A stretch of 60,694 nucleotides of DNA, counting the filler. It is 9 parts of 9 records of this genome, joined end to end, with 100 filler letters (N's around TTAATTAATTAA, not from the genome) between each part and the next. Parts side by side here need not be neighbours in the genome. Positions count along the whole stretch, not along the records: positions 5,927 to 12,053 come from SRR31147125_72415; positions 12,154 to 18,321 come from SRR31147125_72425; positions 18,422 to 24,821 come from SRR31147125_72751; 6 more parts are not named here. One strand, written 5' to 3'. Below the pieces are notes generated by a model. The model saw only the letters and a list, made by a program, of their open reading frames with translations, was not told where the DNA came from and did no database searches. Shown here piece by piece: positions 9,520-21,245 of the stretch (position 1 is the stretch's first letter; each line of letters begins with the position of its first letter). The position numbers and the translations under genes are program-made.

Positions 9520-12053
9520 CTAATGAGCATCATCCCAGTTCATGCCTGTTCCGACATCAACCACAAGCGGGACTGATAATTCTGCCGCATTTTCCATGAT
9601 TTTAACGACAAGCTCACGAACTTCATCAAGTTCGTTTTCCGGAACTTCAAGCACAAGTTCATCATGAACCTGCAAAAGCATTCGGCTGTTGAGTTTACGC
9701 ATTGTAAGCTCATTGTCCAGCTTTATCATGGCTACTTTGATAATATCTGCGGCAGTTCCCTGAATCGGGGCATTGATCGCTAGTCTGTCAAGATAACCTC
9801 GTCTTGCCGGAGCTGCCAATTCAGCTTCGTCAAGTGGAATGACTCGCCCTAACATTGTGGAAACACTGCGGTTTTCACGCCCAAGCTCCTGTTGTTCCTT
9901 TAAATATCTATCAACGCCGTAATATCTGCTGAAATAGGAATCTATTATCTTTTTCGCTTCTCGTTGAGGAATTCCCAGCGAGCCAGATAGTCCAAAAGCC
10001 GATTGACCGTAAATAATGCCAAAATTGACGGCTTTCGCGCTACGTCGCATTTGTTTATCGACCAAAGCAGGCATTGTATCGAAAACTTCTGCCGCAGTTC
10101 TCTGATGAATGTCTTCGCCTCGTTTGAATGATTCGAGCAGTATTTCATCACCGGATAAATGTGCCAGAATTCTAAGTTCAACTTGCGAATAATCGGCAGC
10201 AAGCAAGATGCATCCATCATCGGGAATAAAGGTTTTTCGTATCAATCTTCCTGCTTCCGTTCTTATTGGAATGTTCTGCAAATTTGGATCAGAGGAAGAT
10301 AATCGCCCGGATATTGCAACAGTTTGATTGAATGATGTATGAATTCGTCCGGTTTCCGGATTCATCAAATTTAATAATGCGTCTGTATATGTTGATTTCA
10401 ACTTGGACATTTGTCGATATTCGAGGATCAATTGCGGCAACGGATGTTTTAATGCTAACTTCTGTAACACACCGGAATCAGTGGAATATCCGGTTTTTGT
10501 CTTGCGACCTTTTGGTAATCCGAGTTTGTCGAAAAGAATTTCGGCAAGCTGTTTTGGAGAATTGATGTTAAATTCCATGTCGGCAATTTCATAAATGCCG
10601 GACATCAGCTCTGTCATCATTTTATCTAATGATTCAGCCAGACTTACTAGTGCGTCTTTATCGACTTTAAAGCCATTTCTTTCCATTTTTGAAAGAACTG
10701 AAATTAACGGACGTTCAAGATCAGTGTAAATTTTCTTTACAGGGTTTTTCTCAAGCTGTTCATTTAATATATTGAAAATTCGCAGAGTTGCATCTGCATC
10801 TTCTCCAGAATATTCACATGCGGTTTTAGTATCGACATAATCAAAGGTAATTCGCTTTTTGCCTTTTCCAGCAACTTGCGAATACGGAATCATTTTGTGA
10901 TTGAGAAGTTTTAGTGCCATTGCGTCAAGTCCGTGTGCTCTTTTTGCCGGATTGAGAACGTAGGACATCAACATTGTATCTTCAACCAATCCGCCAAACT
11001 CGATTCCTTCCGTTAACATAACTTCGAGGTCGAATTTTGCGTTTTGCATGACCCATTTGAGCTTTTTGTCACCAAAAACAGGTGCAAGTATTTGTAATGC
11101 TTTGCTTTTTATGATTTGAGGACAATTAGAAAGACGATGATCGACAGGCACGTAATAAACCAAATCGTCCGAAACAGCGAATGACATTCCGACAAGCGGC
11201 GACTTGCTTCTTGGATCTGTCGATCTAGTTTCTGTGTCAAATGCAATGATCGAAGCTTTTTTCAACTCGCTTATCATCAAACTAAGCGCATTTTCATCTT
11301 CAACAAGAATGTAATTACTTCGGTCAATCAGCGGAGCTTCCTGAGCATCTCCGATTCCTTCCATTTCAGCTAAAAGGCTTGTGAATTCAAGCTTTTGCAA
11401 AAGCGGAAGCATCTTTTTCGAATCAATTTCATTTACTTTTAACGAATCGACTTCATAATCAATTGGAACATCAGTTTTGATTGTGACAAGATCAAGTGAA
11501 ACACGAGCCAAGTCTTTGTTTTCGCTTAAGTTTTCTTTTCTCTTCTTGCCTTTTACCTTATCAATTGATTGAAGCACATTTTCAAGATTGCCAAATTCCT
11601 GAATCAAAGTTGCGGCAGTTTTTTCGCCGATTCCCGGAACTCCGGGAACGTTGTCGCTTGTATCGCCAGCAAGTCCCAAAATATCGACGACTTTGTCTGG
11701 AGTGACGCCGAATCTCTCCACAACTTCTTGTGATCGAATTTCTTTGTCTTTCCAAGGGTCGAAGATATAAACATTGTCATCAACAAGCTGCATGAGATCC
11801 TTGTCGCTCGTAACTATGCAGACTTTATAATCTTTTTCGGCTAACTGCTTTGCCAATGTGCCGATAACATCATCCGCCTCGAAACCTGCTTTTTCAAGAA
11901 CAGGCAGTCCGAAAGCTTCGACAATTTGTCTGATAAGATCAAATTGCGGAATTAATTCCGGCGGCGGGGGAGGGCGATTAGCTTTGTAATCAGCATAAAT
12001 TTCCTGACGAAAAGTTTTTCGAGAGACATCGAAAACCGGTGCCAGAAGCTCTG
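9520..12053 (-). CDS. polA: DNA polymerase I, 5' end truncated by contig edge
   Basis: 5'-3' exonuclease (EADDVIGTLA upstream of the called start; GDTSDNVPGVPGIG), 3'-5' exonuclease (FDTET, NAKFD, YSGEDAD), polymerase motifs DYSQVELR, KAVNFGIIYG, LQVHDELV. Confidence 0.97.
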
Positions 12054-12153
12054 NNNNNNNNNNNNNNNNNNNNNNNNNNNNNNNNNNNNNNNNNNNNTTA
12101 ATTAATTAANNNNNNNNNNNNNNNNNNNNNNNNNNNNNNNNNNNNNNNNNNNN

Positions 12154-14025
12154 AAAAGAACAACTTGATATCATGGGGGACGCAACGATTCACCGTGGGC
12201 CAGATGATAGCGGCGAATTTATCGGTGAAGGTATCGCCATCGGAATGAGACGGCTTTCTATTATCGACCTTTCAGGTGGGCATCAGCCTATAAGCTGTCA
12301 AGATAATCGTTTTTGGATAGTGTGCAATGGTGAAATATATAACTACAGAGAGCTTCGTACAGAGTTAAAGGAGAAAGGATACTCTTTTAAAACCAATTCT
12401 GATGTAGAGGTTATTATACATCTTTATAGAGAATATGGTCTCGAATGTTTGCAATACTTAAATGGGATGTTTGCCTTTGCACTTTGGGATGATGAAAGAA
12501 AAAGGTTATTATTAGCCCGTGACCGTTTAGGGATAAAGCCTTTGTATTATTCAGTGACCGAAGAACAATTAGTTTTTGTAGTGAAGCAAAAGCTATTCTT
12601 TCCCTGAGAAATTTAAAAGCAGAAATTGAGCCTAAGGCGCTTAATCAGTATTTTGAACTTGGTTATGTTCCTGCGCCATTATCTATTTTTAAAGGTATTC
12701 GTAAACTGGAAGTTGCCTCTTACTTAAGTGTTGATAATGGCAATATCCGGCAAAATCGATATTGGGAACCCGATTATAATCAGGAACAATTGTCAAATGA
12801 AGAATGGGCGCACAGAATATTCAAGCAGTTAGAAAAATCTGTCGTGCGTCAAATGGTTAGTGATGTTCCCATCGGATCATTTTTATCGGGCGGCATAGAT
12901 TCAAGCGCTGTAGTAGGAATTATGGCCAAGCATAGTTGCGAACCTGTAAGTACATATGCCATTGGATTTAAAGGTTCCAAAGCAGAACGATTTTACAATG
13001 AACTGCCCTATGCAAAAAAAGTGGCCGAGATGTTCGGTACAAGGCATAAAGAGATATTGGTGAATCCCGACATTATTGGGTTGTTGCCGCATCTGATTTG
13101 GCACATGGATGAACCTATTGCGGATAGTGCATTTATTACGACGTATCTTGTTTCGGAATTTGCTTGCAAGGATTCTACTGTCATTCTTTCTGGTGTCGGA
13201 GGTGATGAATTATTTGCAGGATATCGACGGTATCAAGGGGAATACTTCTCTGAAAAATATAAACTCATTCCTGAGTTTATTCGAAAAGGACTAATAATGC
13301 CATGTGCCAAAAAGCTGCCTGCAAGTCGTAACAGCAAATGGTTGAATTATATGCGCATGGGAAAAGCATTTGTTCAAACTGCAGAAAAAAATCTGGTGGA
13401 GCGTTATTATAGCTATATTGAAGTTTTCTCTGAATCCATGCGAGACCAGTTATTGAAAGGTAGGGTATCTGACGGAGTTATAAAAAATCTTTTTAAGGAA
13501 ACCCGTGCCGAGGACGCTTTATGGCAAATGTTTGATATTGATCGTCAATCTCAATTACCCGACGATTTGTTGATGCTAACCGATAAAATGACAATGGCTA
13601 CTTCACTCGAATGCAGGGTTCCCTTTCTTGATCATGAAATGGTTGAGTTGGCTGTAAGCATACCTGAGCAACAGTTGCTTAAAAAAGGTGAATTGAAATA
13701 CCTATTAAAGAAGGCTTTGAAAGGATTTCTTCCAGATAGCATACTTTATCGGCCAAAAAGAGGATTTGGTGCACCCATGGGGGCATGGCTTCAGAAAGAA
13801 TTGTTCAGTTTGATGACGAATTTACTTAATAAAAAAAGTGTGGAGAAACGTGATGTTCTAAATTGGGCTGTCATTGAACATACAATTCATCAGCATCAAA
13901 CCAACAAAGAGGATTGTACAGATCATCTATTGGCTCTACTTAATTTTGAAATATGGTGTAAACTTTATTTGGATGAGATGTCTATTGAGGAAACTACAAA
14001 ACAAATCAGAGACGCGATAGCATGA
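12154..14025 (+). CDS. asnB: Asparagine synthase (glutamine-hydrolysing) family amidotransferase, EPS-associated; 5' truncated, frameshift near 12575
   Basis: HRGPD, RRLSIIDL, NGEIYN, RDRLGIKPLYY, then FLSGGIDSS, LSGVGGDELFAGY, SLECRVPFLD. One T is missing in GTTTTTGTAGTGAA. Confidence 0.9.
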
Positions 14026-15245
14026 ATATACTGTATATTTGCCATAGGTTCCCATATCCACCTAAGCGGGGTGGAAAAATAAGACCCTTTAATATGATTC
14101 ACCATTTTCATAAGCAGGGACACAAGGTGTGGGTGGCCTCTCTTGTTCGGTCTGATAGTGAGGCCCGCGAAGGTCTTGGAATAAGGGACTATTGCCATGA
14201 TTTTTTTATGGCGAAAGTAAGCAATAAAATACAGATTATGAGGATGGTGCTCGGCATATCAAGTGATACACCCGCCAGCATGGCATTTTTTTACAGCAAA
14301 GAATTACAGCATTATATAAATAAGGTTTTGAGCCGGGAAAATATAGATCTGATCTTTGTGCATTGTTCATCCGTCGCCCCTTATGTGGCAGGTGTAAAAC
14401 ATATTCCAAAACTATTGGATTTCGGAGACATGGATTCACAAAAATGGCTGAGTTACAGAGCGTTTAAACCCTTTCCGCTTAATATGGGGTATTGGTGGGA
14501 GGGCTGCCGGCTTGAAAAAGCAGAGCGGAAACTGGCAGAAAAATTTGATCTGTGTACCGCAACCACTAAAATGGAATGGGAAACCCTTGAAAAATATGAA
14601 ACAGGAGTTGACACAGGCTGGTTTCCAAATGGCGTAGATTATGACTATTTTGCACCGGATGGGGAAGATTACGACTCTAATGCCATATCCTTTATTGGAC
14701 GAATGGATTATTATCCAAATCAGGAATGTATGATTCAGTTTTGCCATAAAGTTTTCCCCCTATTAAAAGAAAAGCTCCCAGATATAAGATTGTACATTGT
14801 CGGTGCTGATCCAAGTAGATCAATAAAAAAATTAGAAAGAATTAATGGTGTTACAGTGACAGGCTCAGTCCCTGATGTCAGGCCCTATATTCTTCGAACC
14901 GCTGCCATGATAGCCCCGCTCAATATTGCACGGGGAACTCAAAATAAAATTTTGGAAGCAATGGCGATGGGGGTCCCGGTTATCAGCAGCACGCTTGCAT
15001 CAGGTGGAATTGATGCTGTGGCCGGGGAGCACTTTTTAACAGCAGATACAACGGAATCATATGTTGATCAGGTTAATAAACTTTTGACTGATAAGGATTA
15101 TAGACAGAAACTTTCCAATGCGGGTAGAGAACGAGTAATTTCAAATCATAATTGGCCAGCATCAATGAATCGTTTGGATAAAATTATTAAGGATTGTATT
15201 AAAATATCATCAAAAGAGAAACGGAATAACAATTATGAAGATTAG
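14022..15245 (+). CDS. GT4 sugar transferase resembling the PEP-CTERM/exosortase-associated TIGR03087 family
   Basis: HRFPYPPKRGGKIR, DFGDMDSQKW, FIGRMDYYPN, IARGTQNKILEAMAMG. Confidence 0.85.
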   Translation: MNILYICHRFPYPPKRGGKIRPFNMIHHFHKQGHKVWVASLVRSDSEAREGLGIRDYCHDFFMAKVSNKIQIMRMVLGISSDTPASMAFFYSKELQHYINKVLSRENIDLIFVHCSSVAPYVAGVKHIPKLLDFGDMDSQKWLSYRAFKPFPLNMGYWWEGCRLEKAERKLAEKFDLCTATTKMEWETLEKYETGVDTGWFPNGVDYDYFAPDGEDYDSNAISFIGRMDYYPNQECMIQFCHKVFPLLKEKLPDIRLYIVGADPSRSIKKLERINGVTVTGSVPDVRPYILRTAAMIAPLNIARGTQNKILEAMAMGVPVISSTLASGGIDAVAGEHFLTADTTESYVDQVNKLLTDKDYRQKLSNAGRERVISNHNWPASMNRLDKIIKDCIKISSKEKRNNNYED

Positions 15246-16551
15246 TATTTTTGGATTGGGTTATGTGGGAGCTGTCTCGCTGGCATGTTTGGCGCGTGAT
15301 AATCATAGGGTGATAGGTGTGGATATTGACCCTGTTAAGCTGGATATTATTGCACGGGGAGAATCTCCAGTTATTGAAGAAGGGATGCCTGAACTGATAA
15401 AAGACGTGGTTTTGAAAGGTTTGGTTGAAGTCACAACAGATGCCTTAGAGGCGCTTAAATCTTCAGATTTATCTTTTGTATGTGTTGGAACACCTTCCCA
15501 AAGTAATGGAAGTCAGGATCAGTCAGCCGTCCTCAGGCTTGCTGAACAATTGGGTGCCGGTTTAAAAGCGAAGAAAGGACATCATACCATAGTGTTCCGC
15601 TCCACCCTTGTGCCGGGAACAGTGGAAAGTATACTAATACCTATTTTGGAGAAACATTCTGGTAAAAAGGTTGATGTAGATTTTGATGTTTGTTTCCAGC
15701 CAGAATTTTTAAGAGAAAGCACCTCAATAAAGGATTATGATAATCCTCCCTTTACCATTGTCGGTGCAAAATCACAGCGTGTTCATAAAATTATGAAAGA
15801 TCTATTCGATCATTTACCGGCTGAATACTATCCCACAGATATCAGAACAAGTGAAACAGTCAAATATTTCTGCAATATTTTTCATGCTCTAAAAATAACG
15901 TTTGCCAATGAAGTTGGCCGTTTATGTAACAGTATGCAGATAGATCCCCATAAGGTTATGGAATTACTCTGCAAGGATAAGCAGTTGAATATATCTTCTG
16001 CATATATGAAACCCGGATTCTCCTTTGGTGGCTCTTGCTTACCGAAGGATTTGAGAGCAATGCAGTATTTAGCAAAAATGAAAGATGTTGAAATTCCAGT
16101 ATTAAACAATGTGATAAACTCCAACAATCGGCATCTTGATTTGGCAGTTAAAATGGTATTGGCTTCCGGAAAGCGAAATATAGGGATGATCGGACTAAGT
16201 TTTAAATCTGGTACTGATGATTTGCGAGAAAGTCCTCTGGTTGATCTTGCAGAGGCATTAATTGGGAAAGGAATGAAACTGTCTATTTATGATCCCGAAG
16301 TAAATCTTTCCTTTCTAATAGGTGCCAATAAAAGGTATATAGAAAAATCAATTCCCCATATAGGTGATGTGTTAATGGGGGATGAGGAAGAAGTGATTAG
16401 GAACAATGATGTCATTATCGTTGGTATCGGTGACAAAGCCCTTCTCGATACAGTTGAAAAAAATACGAAATCAGATCAATTGGTAGTGGATTTGGTTAAT
16501 ATGTATAATAAAAATAAATTAACTTGTCGTTACCAGGGATTATGCTGGTAA
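15235..16551 (+). CDS. UDP-glucose/GDP-mannose dehydrogenase family protein (AlgD-like N-terminus)
   Basis: MKISIFGLGYVGAV, CVGTPS, PEFLRE, GGSCLPKD, GLSFKSGTDDLRESP. Confidence 0.9.
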   Translation: MKISIFGLGYVGAVSLACLARDNHRVIGVDIDPVKLDIIARGESPVIEEGMPELIKDVVLKGLVEVTTDALEALKSSDLSFVCVGTPSQSNGSQDQSAVLRLAEQLGAGLKAKKGHHTIVFRSTLVPGTVESILIPILEKHSGKKVDVDFDVCFQPEFLRESTSIKDYDNPPFTIVGAKSQRVHKIMKDLFDHLPAEYYPTDIRTSETVKYFCNIFHALKITFANEVGRLCNSMQIDPHKVMELLCKDKQLNISSAYMKPGFSFGGSCLPKDLRAMQYLAKMKDVEIPVLNNVINSNNRHLDLAVKMVLASGKRNIGMIGLSFKSGTDDLRESPLVDLAEALIGKGMKLSIYDPEVNLSFLIGANKRYIEKSIPHIGDVLMGDEEEVIRNNDVIIVGIGDKALLDTVEKNTKSDQLVVDLVNMYNKNKLTCRYQGLCW

Positions 16552-17560
16552 ATGAAAAAAAATATGTTTACAGCATCTGCCTAACTTTTTGTACAATGAG
16601 TGTCATTGCTGTTTTTGTACTGAGTCAGGCATATCCACCCCAGGAAATGACAAGGCTGCGAAATTCTCTGATTATCGACATCGGTAAAAAAGGTGATTTT
16701 ACCTGGGAACCTGATAATACCCCGGAGGGGTTTCTTAAAGAACGTAGTCAAAACATACCATTGGAAATATCAGGCTGGCTTTCTTCCATGCCAGAAGAAA
16801 ATTCGTGGGGAACTGTTTTAACCATAGCAAATGGTTTACGGCACAAAAAACTAATCGGCGGGGGCCTTCAGACTGATACAGTGAGTACCTTTCAGTTAAT
16901 CCTCAAAGAGGGGCGCGGATATTGTGCTGACTTCACCCAGGTGATGAATGCGCTCTGTTATGCCTCTAATATTCCTGTCAGGGAGTGGGGCATTTCTTTT
17001 GACGGTTATGGGGGTGGGGGCATGCATTTAGCGAAGTATTTGTTAAAGAGTTTAGCAAATGGGTCTTTATGGATGTTTTCCATGGGTTCTACGTCTCAAA
17101 CAAAGAAAATAAACTTTTGTCTGTTTTGGAATTTAAGGAAAGTATTATAAACACCCCTGATGATATTATAATCCATAGACTTCATGGTAACTATTTATTT
17201 CAAACAGACAAGAAAGCCATTGATTATTATCAGCGAGGTATAAAAGAATTATATCTTTGGTGGGGTAATAACAGCATCTCATATGACGAAAACCCATTGG
17301 TAAGTACTGCAGCAAAAATAAACCGTCCACTAGAACAATTCGTTGGGATTATTATAGGGTCGCATCCCCGTATCAGGGTTATGCCGCTTACGGAAAATTT
17401 ATCTCAACGCAAAAAAATTATCCGGCTAAAATATATGCTTTATACGGCTGTAATAACTGAAATGTTACTTGGCATCGTTTTGTGTGTTTTAATTGTAAGA
17501 TATTCAACATTAAAGCGATTATTAAATGCGCCGCAAAAAAACAATAGTTTATCATATTGA
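16542..17560 (+). CDS. Transglutaminase-like (Cys-His-Asp) membrane-anchored protein, frameshift near 17015-17020
   Basis: N-terminal TM helix and GRGYCADF. Adding one base in the G-run gives GHAFSEVFVKEFSKWVFMDVF, joining ORFs 16524-17150 and 17069-17560. C-terminal TM helix. Confidence 0.75.
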
Positions 17561-18321
17561 AAATTGCCTGGCCGTCATAGGCTTGTTATTTATATGCGCC
17601 GCCATTTTGGCCGGATATAGGATTCTGTCTACGGAAACCGTGTCAACGCAGTTAATCATTTCAAAAGCGTTTCATAAAATTGGCTTTGAAAAACACATCG
17701 GTGTAATAGAGCCGTTATTATTCAATGAAAAATATTCAGATTACAAGTTTCAGGGTACTTTAAAGCAATCATATCCAAGGGTCCTTTATAAAGACAGCGC
17801 AGAAGTTAGCATCATCAGAAATAGATACGTATCTGATACGGAATATAGAAAAATAACAGACACCTATGCCAGGGGTGCTGCAGGATGGTTTTGCAAACAA
17901 GACTATAGCCAGGGCGAACAGGCAATGAATAAACTGTTGAAGTCAAAGATCAGTTTCGCTAAAGCCGTAGGAGAGTATGGAAACGCCATGTCTCTGGCCC
18001 TTGAGTATGATTTATTATACGATTATCCAGCCTGGACAGCAGAGAAAAAGCAGCGGGTTCAGGAAAAATTTAGAGACTATATAAAGAACGCCCTGAAAAT
18101 TTTAAATGAAGACTCTGCCTCCCTTTGGCACGGCCGTTTTCAATTGGCCTGTGCCACATGGGTTACCGCTTCGGTTTTGGAAACCCGCAGCAAAGCGGAT
18201 GTTCAACTCATATCTAAAGCCCAGGCCCATTTTATTGATGCTGTTGACGCCATCCGTCTGACAGAAGGATGGCCCGAAGGGTATAACTACTGGATCAACA
18301 ACCGGGCATACCCTTTTGGCC
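17526..18321 (+). CDS. Membrane-anchored alpha-helical protein, probable heparinase II/III-like lyase N-terminal region, truncated
   Basis: N-terminal TM helix; ALEYDLLY and GWPEGYNYW resemble (alpha/alpha) toroid lyase domains; EPS context. Confidence 0.5.
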
Positions 18322-18421
18322 NNNNNNNNNNNNNNNNNNNNNNNNNNNNNNNNNNNNNNNNNNNNTTAATTAATTAANNNNNNNNNNNNNNNNNNNNNNN
18401 NNNNNNNNNNNNNNNNNNNNN

Positions 18422-19458
18422 CTCTCTTTGCCGACAAGCATAATCTCTGCAGCCTTGTCATAAACTTCCTGCGGGGTTGCTTTCTTCAAAAAGTTAACCT
18501 GATCAAAGGTTCCCATCAATGCAACATCACTGTTTTTAAAGATCTCGTTTGCTTCACGCATATCAGTATCACCTTCTGGCGCAGCAGCAAGTGTCTCGTA
18601 AATAGCCAGTCCCATATCAGTATAACATGGGAGAAGGCTCTGAGCCCTACCACAATTATGATACAACACAGGCTTGCCATTCTCTTTCAGAAATGAGCAG
18701 ACCTTCTTTTCATACGGCAGTACATGCGCACGAAAATGCTCTTCCTTCATCAACCCGCCATTTGCCATATTCCCCTGCATACCAACTATATCATACTCAC
18801 TCTCAAGGTAACACTCCGCATCATACATCGCAATATCAGTAAACATGCTCATATAAGCATCATAATACTCTTCATCACACATAGCATCCATCAGTATTTC
18901 CTGAATATTGATAAATGTACAGGCGAGATTGAAAACACCACCACATGACCACGGGGCGTTTACCCCACGCTCCCCGACATACTCTCTGGCAAACTTACCA
19001 TTATCAATAATTGCCCGTTTGTGGTCACCATCATCCTTTGGGAGGTATTCTGCAAATATTTCAAAATCCTCTTCAGAATTAATCATAAACTCCGTAGTTA
19101 GATAATGAATACCTTCCTGAATATCCTTTTTATACGGAGCACCTTCAACCATCTCAAAAGTTTTCTTCGGAGTCGTAACTGTTGTAATCCTGAAGTGATT
19201 ATCACCTTTGATTTCCTTACGTTCATTCACCTCCCAGTTTGGAAAACTCTTTCTGATAAAATATGGCTTATTATTAATATTATCTCTAGTCATCAAGTCA
19301 AATCCAAGATCATCCGCACAGGTACAAGCATCTGTAATACGATTAGTCCCAGACTTTTTCAAATAGTCAGACATAAACTCCTGCTGAATAAATGGCGCAA
19401 CAGGCACTCTGTCAGGTGTTTCACCATTAATAACAGCCAATAGTCTTTCTCTTGATGT
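18422..19458 (-). CDS. Uroporphyrinogen decarboxylase / MtaA-CmuA superfamily protein, 3' truncated
   Basis: MTSRERLLAVINGETPDRVPV, YHNCG, ALMGTFDQ. Confidence 0.85.
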
Positions 19459-19493
19459 CATCAATACACTCCTTCGCAATCTATAGTAAACAT

Positions 19494-21104
19494 TTAATTA
19501 TTTCTATCCAACAATTCAATCATTGTAAGACGAATAGACCCAACCCCTGCACACATCTCAATAAAATACTCTTCAACCTTATTACCAAGATTATATTTAT
19601 ACAGATCAACACCGAATATTTCCGGATCACTCAATAGATGCTTGAGCTGGTTGAGTACACTTCTATCCGCTTCTAGCTCAATCCCTTCAACATACTTTTT
19701 CAGAACATCCATATTAGGGTCAGCACTCAATTCGAATTTTTCACCCATATCATCAATCCCCATCAAGTAACGGAGCCAGCCGGCAAAAACAAATGGTATA
19801 AATTCGAGAAACGAAAGATCTTCCTTACCTTCATTGATATAGGCCTTGAGAGTCTCACCAAAACGCACAGAAAGTTTCTTCGAAGTATCAGTAGCAATTC
19901 TTTGTGGGGTGTCAGGCACAAACGGATTAGGAAAGCGAACTTCAAGAACCTCTCTGATAAAGTCCTCTGCTTTGATAATACCGGGGTTAACCACAACTGG
20001 CAATCCTTCAACATAGCCTATCTTCTCAATAAGCTTTACCAGGTCTTTATCTTTCATCTCAGATGATATTGAATCAAATCCAAGCAGACAGCCAAATATT
20101 GCCAAGACAGTATGTAGTGGATTGAGGCAGGTACAGACCTTCATCCTTTCAATCTTGTCAATTGTCTCCTTCTCTGCAAACATCACACCAACTGCCTCAA
20201 GTGCAGGTCTTCCATTTGGGAATTTATCTTCAATCGCCAGATATTGTGACTCTTCTGCATTGACAAATGAAGCCACATATGAATTCTTTGCAGTGCAGAC
20301 AGTCTTGATATTTTCAATTCCGTCTTTAAGGAGAATTTCCTCAACCTCAGCAGCAGGTCTCGGTGTAATCTTATCGATCATACTCCAAGTAAATGAAATG
20401 CAGCTTTCATCATTGAGGTAATCAAGAAAATCCTGCCCGACACATCCCGCTTCACACCACTTTGTAGCGAAAGTCATCACTGCCTCTTTCAACAGTGTTC
20501 CATTATGACTGCAGTTATCAAGACTGACAACAGCAAGCGGAGCAGCATTCTTTGTAAACCTCGCAAAGAGAAGCTTTGTTAACAACCCGATGATACTTCC
20601 TTGCTCACCATCAAAATCCAGAAGCCCTGGTTTAATCCAAGGCAGAAAACCGCCACTACCATCTTTGAGCGCATACCCTTTTTCAGTAATTGTAAAAGTG
20701 ACCATCTGAAGTGACGCAGCAGTAAACACCTCAACAAGCCTAGCATAATCAGTTGAAGGTTTGAGGCTCTCCGCAATACTCCCCACAACCTCTTTACTCA
20801 CATCACCACTAGCTTTCAAAGTAACAGCGACAGCAAGGTTATCATGTGGCAGATAAACTTCATCGAGAATTTCTTCATCAAACGCTTCACAGAGAATTAT
20901 CCCTTTTTCAGCCTTGCCTGTATTGAGAAGCTGCTGCTGAAGTACAGCAGTATAGGCTCTAAAAATATTTCCTGCTCCAAAATGTAGCCATTCAGGTTTT
21001 TCCCTAGTCTTCGCGGCAACACTCTCAACATCGTATTCCGGCAGACAATAACCCTTGTTTTCCCAGATTTCCCTCTCATTAATCCCGGCAAGATTAAGTT
21101 TCAT
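19494..21104 (-). CDS. Mannitol dehydrogenase family (fructuronate/tagaturonate reductase-like)
   Basis: WLHFGAGNIFRA, FTITEKGY, SLDNCSHNG, SMIDKITPRP, KVCTCLNPLHT, PDTPQRIATDTS. Confidence 0.9.
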   Translation of the reverse strand: MKLNLAGINEREIWENKGYCLPEYDVESVAAKTREKPEWLHFGAGNIFRAYTAVLQQQLLNTGKAEKGIILCEAFDEEILDEVYLPHDNLAVAVTLKASGDVSKEVVGSIAESLKPSTDYARLVEVFTAASLQMVTFTITEKGYALKDGSGGFLPWIKPGLLDFDGEQGSIIGLLTKLLFARFTKNAAPLAVVSLDNCSHNGTLLKEAVMTFATKWCEAGCVGQDFLDYLNDESCISFTWSMIDKITPRPAAEVEEILLKDGIENIKTVCTAKNSYVASFVNAEESQYLAIEDKFPNGRPALEAVGVMFAEKETIDKIERMKVCTCLNPLHTVLAIFGCLLGFDSISSEMKDKDLVKLIEKIGYVEGLPVVVNPGIIKAEDFIREVLEVRFPNPFVPDTPQRIATDTSKKLSVRFGETLKAYINEGKEDLSFLEFIPFVFAGWLRYLMGIDDMGEKFELSADPNMDVLKKYVEGIELEADRSVLNQLKHLLSDPEIFGVDLYKYNLGNKVEEYFIEMCAGVGSIRLTMIELLDRNN

Positions 21105-21245
21105 AGCTTCTCCTGTGTTATATATAAGTTATCAGATTGATTTGAATTTATGATATGACTTGCAAAGATACAATTCTCAGTCAGAGTATTATATCTCTGC
21201 AGTCAAATCAGGTGTTTTCTGAATTTGGTAATTTATTTCTGCAGC

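Noticed and set aside
5712-12053. Riboswitch controlling, or antisense to, the pheT region
   Set aside because: A contig spacer separates them, so they are not known to be linked.
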